A DNA stretch of 64,000 bases from Macrostomum lignano (taxonomy: Eukaryota). Both the position numbers and the translations under genes were made by a program. The notes beneath the pieces were generated by a model that had not been told where the DNA came from, did not search any database, and saw nothing but the letters and a program-made list of their open reading frames with translations. The stretch's first letter is position 1; every line of letters starts with the position of its first letter. Below are positions 12,401 to 24,508 of the stretch, in pieces. The stretch is taken from assembly GCA_002269645.1 (NCBI GenBank), contig NIVC01000550.1:62001-126000 (forward strand), given 5' to 3'.

Positions 12401-15400
12401 GGGGGCGATTCTTATTGATTGGGGGCGATTCTTATTGTTTGGGGGCGATTCTTATTGTTTGGGGGCGATTCTTATTGATTGGGAGCGATTCTTATTGATT
12501 GGGAGCGATTCTTATTGTTAGGGGCGATTCTTATTGTTTGGGGGCGATTCTTATTGATTGGGGTGATTCCAATTGATTGGGGGCGATTCTTATTGATTGG
12601 GGGCGATTCTGACTGATTGGGGGCGATTCTTATTGATTGAGGGCGATTCTTATTGTTTGGGGGCGATTCTTATTGATTGGGGTGATTCCAATTGATTGGG
12701 GGCGATTCTTATTGTTTGGGGGCGATTCTTATTGATTGGGGGCGATTCTTATTGTTTGGGGGCGATTCTTATTGATTGGGGTGATTCCAATTGATTGGGG
12801 GCGATTCTTATTGATTCGGGGCGATTCTGACTGATTGGGGGCGATTCTTATTGATTGAGGGTGATTCTTATTGTTTGGGGGCGATTCTTATTGATTGGGG
12901 TGATTCCAATTGATTGGGGGCGATTCTTATTGTTTGGGGGCGATTGTTATTGATGGGAGCGATTCTTATTGTTTGGGGGCGATTTTTATTGATTGGGGGC
13001 GATTCCTATTGTTTGGGGGCGATTCTTATTGATTCGGAGCGATTCTTATTGATTGGGGGCGATTCTTATTGTTTGGGGGGATTCTTATTGTTTGGGGGCG
13101 ATTCTTATTGATTGGGAGCGATTCTTATTGATTGGGAGCGATTCTTATTGTTAGGGGCGATTCTTATTGTTTGGGAACGATTCTTATTGATTGGGGGCGA
13201 TTCCTATTGTTTGGGGGCGATTCTTATTGATTCGGAGCGATTCTTATTGATTGGGGGCGATTCTTATTGATTGGGGGCGATTCTTATTGTTTGGGGGCGA
13301 TTCTTATTGATAAAGGGGATTCTTATTGATTGGGAGCGATTCTTATTGTTAGGGGCGATTCTTATTGATTGGGGTGATTCCAATTGATTGGGGGCGATTC
13401 TTATTGATTGGGGGCGATTCTGACTGATTGGGGGCGATTCTTATTGATTGAGGGCGATTCTTATTGTTTGGGGGCGATTCTTATTGATTGGGGTGATTCC
13501 AATTGATTGGGGGCGATTCTTATTGTTTGGGGGCGATTCTTATTGATTGGGGGCGATTCTTATTGTTTGGGGGCGATTCTTATTGATTGGGGTGATTCTG
13601 ACTGATTGGGGGCGATTCTTATTGATTGAGGGTGATTCTTATTGTTTGGGGGCGATTCTTATTGATTGGGGTGATTCCAATTGATTGGGGGCGATTCTTA
13701 TTGTTTGGGGGCGATTGTTATTGATGGGAGCGATTCTTATTGTTTGGGGCGATTTTTATTGATTGGGGGCGATTCCTATTGTTTGGGGCGATTCTTATTG
13801 ATTCGGAGCGATTCTTATTGATTGGGGGCGATTCTTATTGTTTGGGGGGATTCTTATTGTTTGGGGGCGATTCTTATTGATTGGGAGCGATTCTTATTGA
13901 TTGGGAGCGATTCTTATTGTTAGGGGCGATTCTTATTGTTTGGGAACGATTCTTATTGATTGGGGGCGATTCCTATTGTTTGGGGGCGATTCTTATTGAT
14001 TCGGAGCGATTCTTATTGATTGGGGGCGATTCTTATTGATTGGGGGCGATTCTTATTGTTTGGGGGCGATTCTTATTGATAAAGGGGATTCTTATTGATT
14101 GGGAGCGATTCTTATTGTTAGGGGCGATTCTTATTGTTTGGGAACGATTCTTATTGATTGGGGGCGTTTCTTATTGTTTGGGGGCGATTCTTATTGATTG
14201 GGGTGATTCCAATTGATTGGGGGCGATTCTTATTGATTGGGGGCGATTCTTATTGTTTGGGGGCGATTCTTATTGATAAAGGGCGATTCTTATTGATTGG
14301 GAGCGATTCTTATTGTTAGGGGCGATTCTTATTGTTTGGGGGCGATTCTTATTGATTGGGGGCGATTCTTATTGTTTGGGGGCGATTCTTATTGATTGGG
14401 GTGATTCCAATTGATTGGGGGCGATTCTTATTGATTGGGGGCGATTCTGACTGATTGGGGGCGATTCTTATTGATTGAGGGTGATTCTTATTGTTTGGGG
14501 GCGATTCTTATTGATTGGGGTGATTCCAATTGATTGGGGGCGATTCTTATTGTTTGGGGGCGATTGTTATTGATGGGAGCGATTCTTATTGTTTGGGGGC
14601 GATTTTTATTGATTGGGGGCGATTCCTATTGTTTGGGGGCGATTCTTATTGATTCGGAGCGATTCTTATTGATTGGGGGCGATTCTTATTGTTTGGGGGG
14701 ATTCTTATTGTTTGGGGGCGATTCTTATTGATTGGGAGCGATTCTTATTGATTGGGAGCGATTCTTATTGTTAGGGGCGATTCTTATTGTTTGGGAACGA
14801 TTCTTATTGATTGGGGGCGATTCTATTGTTTGGGGGCGATTCTTATTGATTCGGAGCGATTCTTATTGATTGGGGCGATTCTTATTGATTGGGGGCGATT
14901 CTTATTGTTTGGGGGCGATTCTATTGTTTGGGGCGATTCTTATTGATTCGGAGCGATTCTTTTGATTGGGGGCGATTCTTATTGATTGGGGGCGATTCTT
15001 ATTGTTTGGGGGCGATTCTTATTGTTTGGGGCGATTCTTATTGATTGGGAGCGATTCTTATTGATTGGGCGATTCTTATTGTTAGGGGCGATTCTTATTG
15101 TTTGGGGGCGATTCTTATTGATTGGGGTGATTCCAATTGATTGGGGGCGATTCTTATTGATTGGGGGCGATTCTGACTGATTGGGGGCGATTCTTATTGA
15201 TTGAGGGCGATTCTTATTGTTTGGGGGCGATTCTTATTGATTGGGGTGATTCCAATTGATTGGGGGCGATTCTTATTGTTTGGGGGCGATTCTTATTAAT
15301 TCGGAGCGATTCTTATTGATTGGGGGCGATTCTTATTGATTGGGGCGATTCTTATTGTTTGGGGCGATTCTTATTGATTGGGGGCGATTCTTATTGATTG

Positions 15401-18400
15401 GGGGCGATTCTTATTGTTTGGGGCGATTCTTATTGTTTGGGGCGATTCTTATTGTTTGGGGCGATTCTTATTGTTTGGGGGCGATTCTTATTGTTTGGGG
15501 CGATTCTTATTGTTTGGGGGCGATTTTATTGATTGGGGCGATTCTTATTGTTTGGGGGCGATTCTTATTGATTGGGGCGATTCTTATTGATTGGGGGCGA
15601 TTCTTATTGATTGGGGCGATTCTTATTGATTGGGGGCGATTCTTATTGATTGGGGCGATTCTTATTGTTTGGGGCGATTCTTATTGTTAGGGGCGATTCT
15701 TATTGTTTGGGAACGATTCTTATTGATTGGGCGATTCTTATTGTTTGGGGGCGATTCTTATTGATTCGGGGATTCTTATTGTTTGGGGCGATTCTTATTG
15801 ATTGGGGGATTCTTATTGTTTGGGGGCGATTCTTATTGATTGGGGCGATTCTTATTGATTGGGGCGATTCTTATTGATTGGGGCGATTCTTATTGTTTGG
15901 GGGCGATTCTTATTGATTGGGCGATTCTTATTGATTGGGGGCGATTCTTATTGATTGGGCGATTCTTATTGTTGGGGGCGATTCTTATTGATTGGGCGAT
16001 TCTTATTGTTTGGGGGCGATTCTTATTGTTAGGGGCGATTCTTATTGTTGGGGGCGATTCTTATTGATTGGGGCGATTCTTATTGTTTGGGGGCGATTCT
16101 TATTGATTGGGGTGATTCTTATTGATTGGGGGCGATTCTTATTGATTGGGGGCGATTCTGATTGATTGGGGGCGATTCTTATTGATTGGGGGATTCTTAT
16201 TGTTTGGGGCGATTCTTATTGATTGGGGTGATTCCAATTGATTGGGGGCGATTCTTATTGTTTGGGGGCGATTGTTATTGATGGGAGCGATTCTTATTGT
16301 TTGGGGGCGATTTTATTGATTGGGGGCGATTCCTATTGTTTGGGGGCGATTCTTATTGATTCGGAGCGATTCTTATTGATTGGGGGCGATTCTTATTGTT
16401 TGGGGGGATTCTTATTGTTTGGGGGCGATTCTTATTGATTGGGGCGATTCTTATTGATTGGGAGCGATTCTTATTGTTAGGGGCGATTCTTATTGTTTGG
16501 GAACGATTCTTATTGATTGGGGCGATTCCTATTGTTTGGGGGCGATTCTTATTGATTCGGAGCGATTCTTATTGATTGGGGGCGATTCTTATTGATTGGG
16601 GGCGATTCTTATTGTTTGGGGGCGATTCTTATTGATAAAGGGGATTCTTATTGATTGGGAGCGATTCTTATTGTTAGGGGCGATTCTTATTGTTTGGGAA
16701 CGATTCTTATTGATTGGGGCGTTCTTATTGTTTGGGGGCGATTCTTATTGATTGGGGTGATTCCAATTGATTGGGGGCGATTCTTATTGATTGGGGCGAT
16801 TCTGACTGATTGGGGGCGATTCTTATTGATTGAGGGCGATTCTTATTGTTTGGGGGCGATTCTTATTGATTGGGGTGATTCCAATTGATTGGGGGCGATT
16901 CTTATTGTTGGGGCGATTCTTATTGATTGGGGGCGATTCTTATTGATTGAGGGCGATTCTTATTGATTGGGGGCGATTCTTATTGATTGGGGCGATTCTT
17001 ATTGATTGGGGGCGATTCTTATTGATTGGGGGCGATTCTTATTGTTTGGGGGCGATTCTTATTGATTGGGGTGATTCCAATTGATTGGGGGCGATTCTTA
17101 TTGATTGGGGGCGATTCTGACTGATTGGGGGCGATTCTTATTGATTGAGGGCGATTCTTATTGTTTGGGGGCGATTCTTATTGATTGGGGTGATTCCAAT
17201 TGATTGGGGGCGATTCTTATTGATTGGGGGCGATTCTTATTGTTTGGGGGCGATTCTTATTGTTTAGGGGGGGGGGTGATTCTTATTGATTTAGGGCGAT
17301 TCTTATTGATTGGGAGCGATTCTTATTGATTGGGGGCGATTCTTATTGTTTGGGGGCGATTCCTATTGTTTGGGGGCGATTCTTATTGATTCGGAGCGAT
17401 TCTTATTGATTGGGGGCGATTCTTATTGATTCGGAGCGATTCTTATTGTTTGGGAACGATTCTTATTGATTGGGGGCGATTCCTATTGTTTGGGGGCGAT
17501 TCTTATTGATTCGGAGCGATTCTTATTGATTGGGGGCGATTCTTATTGATTGGGGGCGATTCTTATTGTTTGGGGGCGATTCTTATTGATAAAGGGCGAT
17601 TCTTATTGATTGGGAGCGATTCTTATTGTTAGGGGCGATTCTTATTGTTTGGGAACGATTCTTATTGATTGGGGGCGATTCTTATTGTTTGGGGGCGATT
17701 CTTATTGATTGGGGTGATTCCAATTGATTGGGGGCGATTCTTATTGATTGGGGGCGATTCTGACTGATTGGGGGCGATTCTTATTGATTGAGGGCGATTC
17801 TTATTGTTTGGGGGCGATTCTTATTGATTGGGGTGATTCCAATTGATTGGGGGCGATTCTTATTGTTTGGGGGCGATTCATATTGATTGGGGGCGATTCT
17901 TATTGATTGAGGGCGATTCTTATTGATTAGGGGCGATTCTTATTGATTGGGGGCGATTCTTATTGATTGGGGGCGATTCTTATTGATTGGGGGCGATTCT
18001 TATTGTTTGGGGGCGATTGTTATTGATGGGAGCGATTCTTATTGTTTGGCGGCGATTCTTATTGTTTGGGGGCGATTCTTATTGTTTGGGGGCGATTCCT
18101 ATTGTTTGGGGGCGATTGTTATTGATGGGAGCGATTCTTATTGTTTGGGGGCGATTTTTATTGATTGGGGGCGATTCTTATTGATTGGGGGCGATTCTTA
18201 TTGATTGGGGGCGATTCTTATTGTTTGGGGGCGATTCTTATTGTTTAGGGGGGGGGTGATTCTTATTGATTAAGGGCGATTCTTATTGATTGGGAGCGAT
18301 TCTTATTGATTGGGGGCGATTCTTATTGTTTGGGGGCGATTCCTATTGTTTGGGGGCGATTCTTATTGATTCGGAGCGATTCTTATTGATTGGGGGCGAT

Positions 18401-21400
18401 TCTTATTGATTGGGGGCGATTCTTATTGTTTGGGGGCGATTCTTATTGTTTGGGGGCGATTCTTATTGATTGGGAGCGATTCTTATTGATTGGGAGCGAT
18501 TCTTATTGTTAGGGGCGATTCTTATTGTTTGGGAACGATTCTTATTGATTGGGGGCGATTCTTATTGTTTGGGGGCGATTCTTATTGATTGGGGTGATTC
18601 CAATTGATTGGGGGCGATTCTTATTGTTTGGGGGCGATTCTTATTGATTGGGGGCGATTCTTATTGATTGGGGCGATTCTTATTGGTTGGGGCGATTCTT
18701 ATTGATTCGGAGCGATTCTTATTGATTGGGGGCGATTCTTATTGATTGGGGGCGATTCTTATTGATTGGGGGCGATTCTTATTGTTTGGGGGTGATACTT
18801 ATTGATAAAGGGCGATTCTTATTGATTGGGAGCGATTCTTATTGATTGGGGCGATTCTTATTGGTTGGGGCGATTCTTATTGATTCGGAGCGATTCTTAT
18901 TGATTGGGGGCGATTCTTATTGATTGGGGGCGATTCTTATTGATTGGGGTGATTCTTATTGTTTGGGGGCGATTCTTATTGATTGGGGGCGATTCTGACT
19001 GATTGGGGGCGATTCTGACTGATTGGGGGCGATTCTTATTGATTGGGGCGATTCTTATTGATTGGGGCGATTCTTATTGATTGGGGCGATTCTCAGCCTT
19101 GATCAAGGGGCGACTCTTCCCTTTAATTAATGGGCGATTTTCAGTGATCAAGAGGCGATTCTTATTGATAAAGCGGTGATTCTTCTTTTTGATCAAGGGG
19201 AGATTCCTCTCATTGATCAAGGGGTGACTCTTATCATTGATGAAGGGGAGATTCTTCTCCTTTATCAAGCGGTGATTGTTCCCATTGATGAAGGGGAGAT
19301 TCTTCTCATTTATCAAGCGGTGATTCTTCTCACTGATCAAGGGGAAATTCTTTTCATTTATCAAGGGGAGATTCTTCTCCTTTATCAAGCGGTGATTCCT
19401 CCCATTGATGAAGGGGAGATTCTTCTTATTTATCAAGCGGCGATTCTTCTTATCGATCAAGGGGTGACTCTTATCATAGATCAAGAGAAGATTCTTTTCA
19501 TTGATCAAGGGGCGATTCTTCTCATTGATCAAGCGGTGACTTATCATAGATCAAGGGGTGACTTATCATAGATCAAGGGGTGACTCTTATCAGATCAAGG
19601 GGTGACTCTTATCATAGATCAAGGAGATTCTTTTCATTGATCAAGGGGTGATTCTTCTCATTGATCAAGGGGTGACTCTTATCATGGATCAAGGGGAGAT
19701 TCTTTTTATTGATAAAGCGGTGATTTTTCTCATTGATCAAGGGGAGATTCTCTTCATTGATCAAGGGGCAATTTTTCTCATTAATCAAGGGCCGACTCTT
19801 CTCATTAATCAAGGGCCGACTCTTCTCATTGATCAAGGGGAGATTCTCAGTGTTCAAGAGGCGATTCTCATTGATCGAGAGGCGATTCTGCTCATTGATC
19901 ATTGATGAATGGGCGATTGGGACAATCGATGAAAAACCGTGAATCTTAGAATCCGTGAATTAGTAAATGCTACAAAGTGCGATTCTTAGAATCTATAGTC
20001 ATAAAACCAAAGGCCTTTACCTGACTGGGCATTTCGGCATAAAAGGCGGCATACGCGGCCCGCCGAACCCCGGAGTCCGGGTGCTCCCCAGCCGCGTCAA
20101 TCAACGTTGAAGACGACAGCGACGTGGCGCCAATTGGCGCCGGCGCTGGTTGCATGGCGCCGCGCGAAAATTCTGCGCCAAGTAGGAAAGCCCGACTACA
20201 GGCGGACACAAATCTGTTGGACTCGCCGCTATTAGCGTCCAGGTGGACTCCGCTCTGCAGAAAATCCCAAATTAACAATTCGCCAACTCTGTGATCAACT
20301 TGATCAGTGTTGAACCTCGCCGCGTCGCCATTCGGTCCCGAATCTCTGATGGCTTCAACTAGCCGATCGTATAATTCCCGATTTGTGTTTAACGATTCGA
20401 CTAGGGTTGCTATGGCAACGCAGGTCTCCTCGGCGGCGTTTCGGTATTCGACTAGCGGATGAAGCTGACGGACGCAGTCGGCCATGTCGGCTACTCGACA
20501 GACGGCGTTGGACATGTCGTCTAGGATGCTGACCATCGAGCGCTGCCGACCGCCGGGACCGACCGCTGCCGCCTCTCCAAGCAGCCTGGACACTGTATCG
20601 ATGACTTCGCTTTGAAGTCTAGCAAAGCCCGAAGGACCATGCCGCAGTTCCTCTATGCCGAATAGGCCAGTGGCACACGCGCTGGATTTTGACGACGGAT
20701 CGACAAATTCGACAAAACGACGAGCTAATCTGGTGCCGCCGCTCTGCTGTTGATGAGGGCGACTTCTAAGGCGGCTTAACGCGTTAACTGAGTCCACCAG
20801 ATGGGCTGCGGCAGCGGAGGGAGCCTCGGACGGCGAAGTGGCAGCGGTGCTGAATGCTGACGATGAACTGCTGATTGTCGATAGAATGAATGGCCGGCGG
20901 CACTGAAATATATTTTTTCGATACATATCGGCTATTTTATAAAGTACATTCCCCTGAATGGGCACTATACAATTTTCAATACACATTGGCTTTATTATAA
21001 AGTACATGGCCCTGGATTGGTACCCAACAGTTTTCGATACATGTCGGCTATTTTTATAAAGTACATTGCCCTGGATTGGTACCATACAGTTTTCGATACA
21101 TGTCGGCTATTTTTATAAAGTACATTGCCATGAATTGGTACCATAGAATTTTCGATACATGTCGGCTATTTTTATAAAGTACATTGCCTTGGATTGGTAC
21201 CATACAGTTTTCGATACATGTCGGCTATTTTTATAAAGTACATTGCCATGAATTGGTACCATAGAATTTTCGATACATGTCGGCTATTTTTATAAAGTAC
21301 ATGGCCCTGGATTGGTACCATACAATTTTCGATACATGTCGGCTATTTTTATAAAGTACATTGCCCTGGATTGGTACCATACAGTTTTCGATCCATGTCG

Positions 21401-21947
21401 GCTATTTTTATAAAGTACATTTCCCTGAATGGGCACTATACAATTTTCAATACACATCGGCTTTATTATAAAGTACATTGCCCTGAATTGGAACCATGCT
21501 TGGGCGCAACCTAGAGATTCGCCCGGGCGTTTCTATTGGCAACACACACATGTAAGTCGCTATTGGACGGAATAGTAGTCGTGACTGCTCGCAGCCAATA
21601 GCGACTTACATGTGTGTGTTGCCAATGGAAACGGCCGAGTGATTCCCAAGGTTGCGCATGTACGATTGGTACCATAAAATTTTCGATGCATATCGGCTAT
21701 TTTTATAAAGTACATTCCCTGAATTGGTACTATACAATTTTCGATACATATCGGCTAGTTTATAAAGTACTTGATCTTAAATACACACGATAAGTTTCGA
21801 TACCGGCTATATCGGCTATTTTATTAGCCACAGTATCTAGAACAACAATAAGTATCTACTTAGATTAGCAATTGTGCAAAAAATACAGGCCTAACAATAT
21901 AAACTATTTACCTTTCTGGCTAATCGAAGAATTGTAAGCTGAGACAT
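6433..21947 (-). CDS. MIPEP: Mitochondrial intermediate peptidase (M3 metallopeptidase); exons 21947..21912, 20902..20021, 9263..8972, 8652..8100, 6925..6433; ~751 aa
   Basis: Motifs GLFGIEEL, VCRVADMAD, LNTN, DFLQSGVHL, LFHEFGHALHS (HEXXH), YQHVTGTRCSTDLAEVPS, HWRTGEPLP. All four introns are GT-AG with matching phases (0,0,1,2). N-terminus MSQLTILRLARKCRRPF looks like a mitochondrial presequence. Confidence 0.93.
7122..8075. repeat. 28-bp minisatellite (locus 3, MIPEP intron 4)
   Basis: About 34 copies, alternating GCCCAGCAACT and GCATAGCAACT variants. Confidence 0.95.
8690..8968. repeat. 21-bp minisatellite CCCATCAGTGTCTTCCCACAT filling MIPEP intron 3
   Basis: About 13 copies; starts within a few nt of the donor. 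Confidence 0.95.
9283..19090. repeat. ~9.8-kb array of the 20-bp unit GGGGGCGATTCTTATTGATT with higher-order structure, MIPEP intron 2
   Basis: Continuous periodicity with recurring variant units; explains all the MGAIL... ORFs. Confidence 0.97.
19090..19920. repeat. Diverged ~21-24 bp derivative array (GATTCTTCTCATTGATCAAGGGG-like) at the edge of the 20-mer array
   Basis: Shares the GATTCTT...TTGAT...GGGG skeleton, with many more substitutions. Confidence 0.85.
20910..21790. repeat. 59-bp tandem repeat in MIPEP intron 1, interrupted by a MITE
   Basis: Unit TTTTCGATACATGTCGGCTATTTTTATAAAGTACATTGCCCTGGATTGGTACCATACAG; TTTTCG recurs at 21031 and 21090. Confidence 0.93.
21495..21664. mobile_element. 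170-bp foldback MITE (CATRCWTG ends, 8-bp TSD), copy 1
   Basis: ~65-bp inverted arms; TSD ATTGGAAC/ATTGGTAC (one mismatch); near-identical to 25048..25219. Confidence 0.85.
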
Positions 21948-22198
21948 TGTTCTCCAAAGATGAGGCCTGTAATTTCGAGAGCAATAATAGTTGAGTTAAT
22001 ATATATGATCATATTTTAATCAAATACAAATTTAAACTTCAATAAACGTTTCTTTAATTAACTCAGAAGTTGATACAATTTTGACATCAATAATTAAAAT
22101 TCAGGTCAAGTGTCAATTAGGCATCATGGTTAATTACTCGGTATTTTATTAGCAAGGAAAAAAACATGTAAGTATAGATTATAATAATTATGACTTAC

Positions 22199-22262
22199 CT
22201 TAATTATTTAAGTAATTAGAACTATGTGATTGAATACAGCGGCTTGCTTGCATTGGCAGGCT
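22199..22262 (-). other. Probable 5'-UTR exon of MIPEP containing a 17-codon uORF (22253..22200)
   Basis: tttcag| acceptor and AAG|gtaagt donor; all three frames closed; the next acceptor ttacag| at 21967 precedes the MIPEP ATG. Confidence 0.55.
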
Positions 22263-22619
22263 CTGAAAATGATTTAGTAGAATAAAAAAAACTTCGTTTT
22301 AAATAGTTTAGGTGCAGGTTTGCGCAATTTTAAATTCCAAATTAATTATGATGTTTATAACTCAGAATAATAAAATTTTCGCATCAATATTGATGTCAGG
22401 TCAAGTGTCTAAAACTCATCATTGATTTTACGATAAAAAAAACTGTCATATGAAATGATTTAACAACTGAAAGACACTTAATTAGCAATAGGATCTCAAA
22501 CAAAATTTTTCAGTTGCTTTTGCAAACAAAATATTTTACTATATTGAACTCGTACACATACTAGTAGACACAAAATAATGTCAACTTTTCATCCAAAATT
22601 TCAACACAAACTTGCAAAC

Positions 22620-23480
22620 TTGTTGGGTATTGGATGTGCATTAGTTTATGGCATAGGGTGGGGTTGTTGGGTATTGGGTGTGCATTAGTTTATGGCATAG
22701 GGTGGGGTTGTTGGGTATTGGATGTGCATTAGTTTATGGCATAGGGTGGGGTTGTTGGGTATTGGATGTGCATTAGTTTATGGCATAGGGTGGGGTTGTT
22801 GGGTATTGGGTGTGCATTAGTTTATGGCATAGGGTGGGGTTGTTGGGTATTGGATGTGCATTAGTTTATGGCATAGGGTGGGGTTGTTGGGTATTGGATG
22901 TGCATTAGTTTTTGGCATAGGGTGGGGTTGTTGGGTATTGGATGTGCATTAGTTTATGGCATAGGGTGGGGTTGTTGGGTATTGGATGTGCATTAGTTTA
23001 TGGCATAGGGTGGGGTTGTTGGGTATTGGATGTGCATTGGTTTATGGCATAGGGTGGGGTTGTTGGGTATTGGATGTGCATTGGTTTATGGCATAGGGTG
23101 GGGTTGTTGGGTATTGGATGTGCATTGGTTTATGGCATAGGGTGGGGTTGTTGGGTATTGGATGTGCATTAGTTTATGGCATAGGGTGGGGTTGTTGGGT
23201 ATTGGATGTGCATTAGTTTATGGCATGGAGTGGGGTTGTTGGGTATTGGATGTGCATTAGTTTATGGCATGGAGTGGGGTTGTTGGGTATTGGGTGTGCA
23301 TTAGTTTATGGCATAGGGTGGGGTTGTTAGGCATTAAATGTGCATTAGTTTATTGCATGGAGTGGGGTTCTGGGTATTGGATGTGCATTAGTTTATGGCA
23401 TGGAGTGGGGTTGTTGGGTATTGGATGTGCATTAGTTTATGGCATAGGGTGGGGTTGTTAGGCATTAAATGCGCATTAGT
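22620..23480. repeat. 44-bp intergenic tandem repeat TTGTTGGGTATTGGATGTGCATTAGTTTATGGCATAGGGTGGGG
   Basis: About 19 copies. Confidence 0.95.
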
Positions 23481-24508
23481 CTGGGTAACACAGGAGAAAG
23501 CAAATAAATAGTTACACAGGAAAATCATGTGTCACAGATGTTCGGCTATAAGCTAACAGAAAATGTTTTGGGATTAAAAGAGACTTATCAGGGGAGGAAG
23601 AAATAAATATAGAAAATGCTTTGCAGATTTTCAAACTTAAATTGTAATTTTTGCTTATTTTTGTGTCAAAAATAAATAAATTAGTCAAACTAATTTTTTC
23701 CAAGTGGGCGGTTAAACAGGTTATGTAAAATCAATATTATAAGCGACAAAATAAATTTATGACACATAGCAAGCCCGAATACCAATGAAAAATAGCCATC
23801 GATATATATCAAAAACCAAAATATTTTTTTTCAATTATTACAAAGTACAATGCAGGCGTGCAAGACTGAATAAATCAATAATTTGAATCGAATTGGGAGA
23901 GTATATTGACATGGAAATAAAGTAAAGCATATACTAGCTAGAAGGGCAGTACACAGCATATTTAAATACGGTCACATAATACAGAAAGGCACAAGCAAGA
24001 TCCACTTGTTAGTTACGATAACATGGCAAACTATAAGAAGACAATGACAAGCATTAAAATTAATTACTGTTTAAGAGCCTCCGATACAGAACCTAAAAAT
24101 GTGCCTACCCTATTTGTGTCCTATAGGGTTGTATTGTAATTTTAAAAGCGGCTTCGAAACCTTGAGAAGGCCCGGGTTGCTATTGCAGTTTCAAAGGACC
24201 CGAGGGCCAGATACAGAGGCTTTATACGAGCATTAAAATCCATCATAGTACAACATTATCTAGTACTCTAGCTGAATAACTAAATTGAATGATAATACGA
24301 ATGAGATAGCTGGCACCTCAGAACAGGGACGATACAGAGAAGGGCTGCCATACTCCATAGTATTGAGATATTAAATTCGATTTTAATAAGCAGTCTGTAT
24401 TGCAGGCACGCCAAGGACTACTTGAGTAGTAGGATGGGGAACTACGTTCTTGAAAAATTTTAGTACGCACGTTTTACTGAAAATGTGCAGGTTTTTTAAT
24501 TTTAAATT

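Noticed and set aside
20903-21085. MIPEP start at ATG 20926 or 21085 inside the 59-bp repeat
   Set aside because: A phase-0 acceptor at 20903 and a 36-nt exon (MSQLTILRLARK|gt) at 21947..21912 give a better presequence
24326-24342. 16/17 match to the U6 snRNA ACAGAGA region (GGGACGATACAGAGAAG)
   Set aside because: No other U6 sequence flanks it, no box C on the antisense strand, and similar GATACAGA words occur nearby; likely chance
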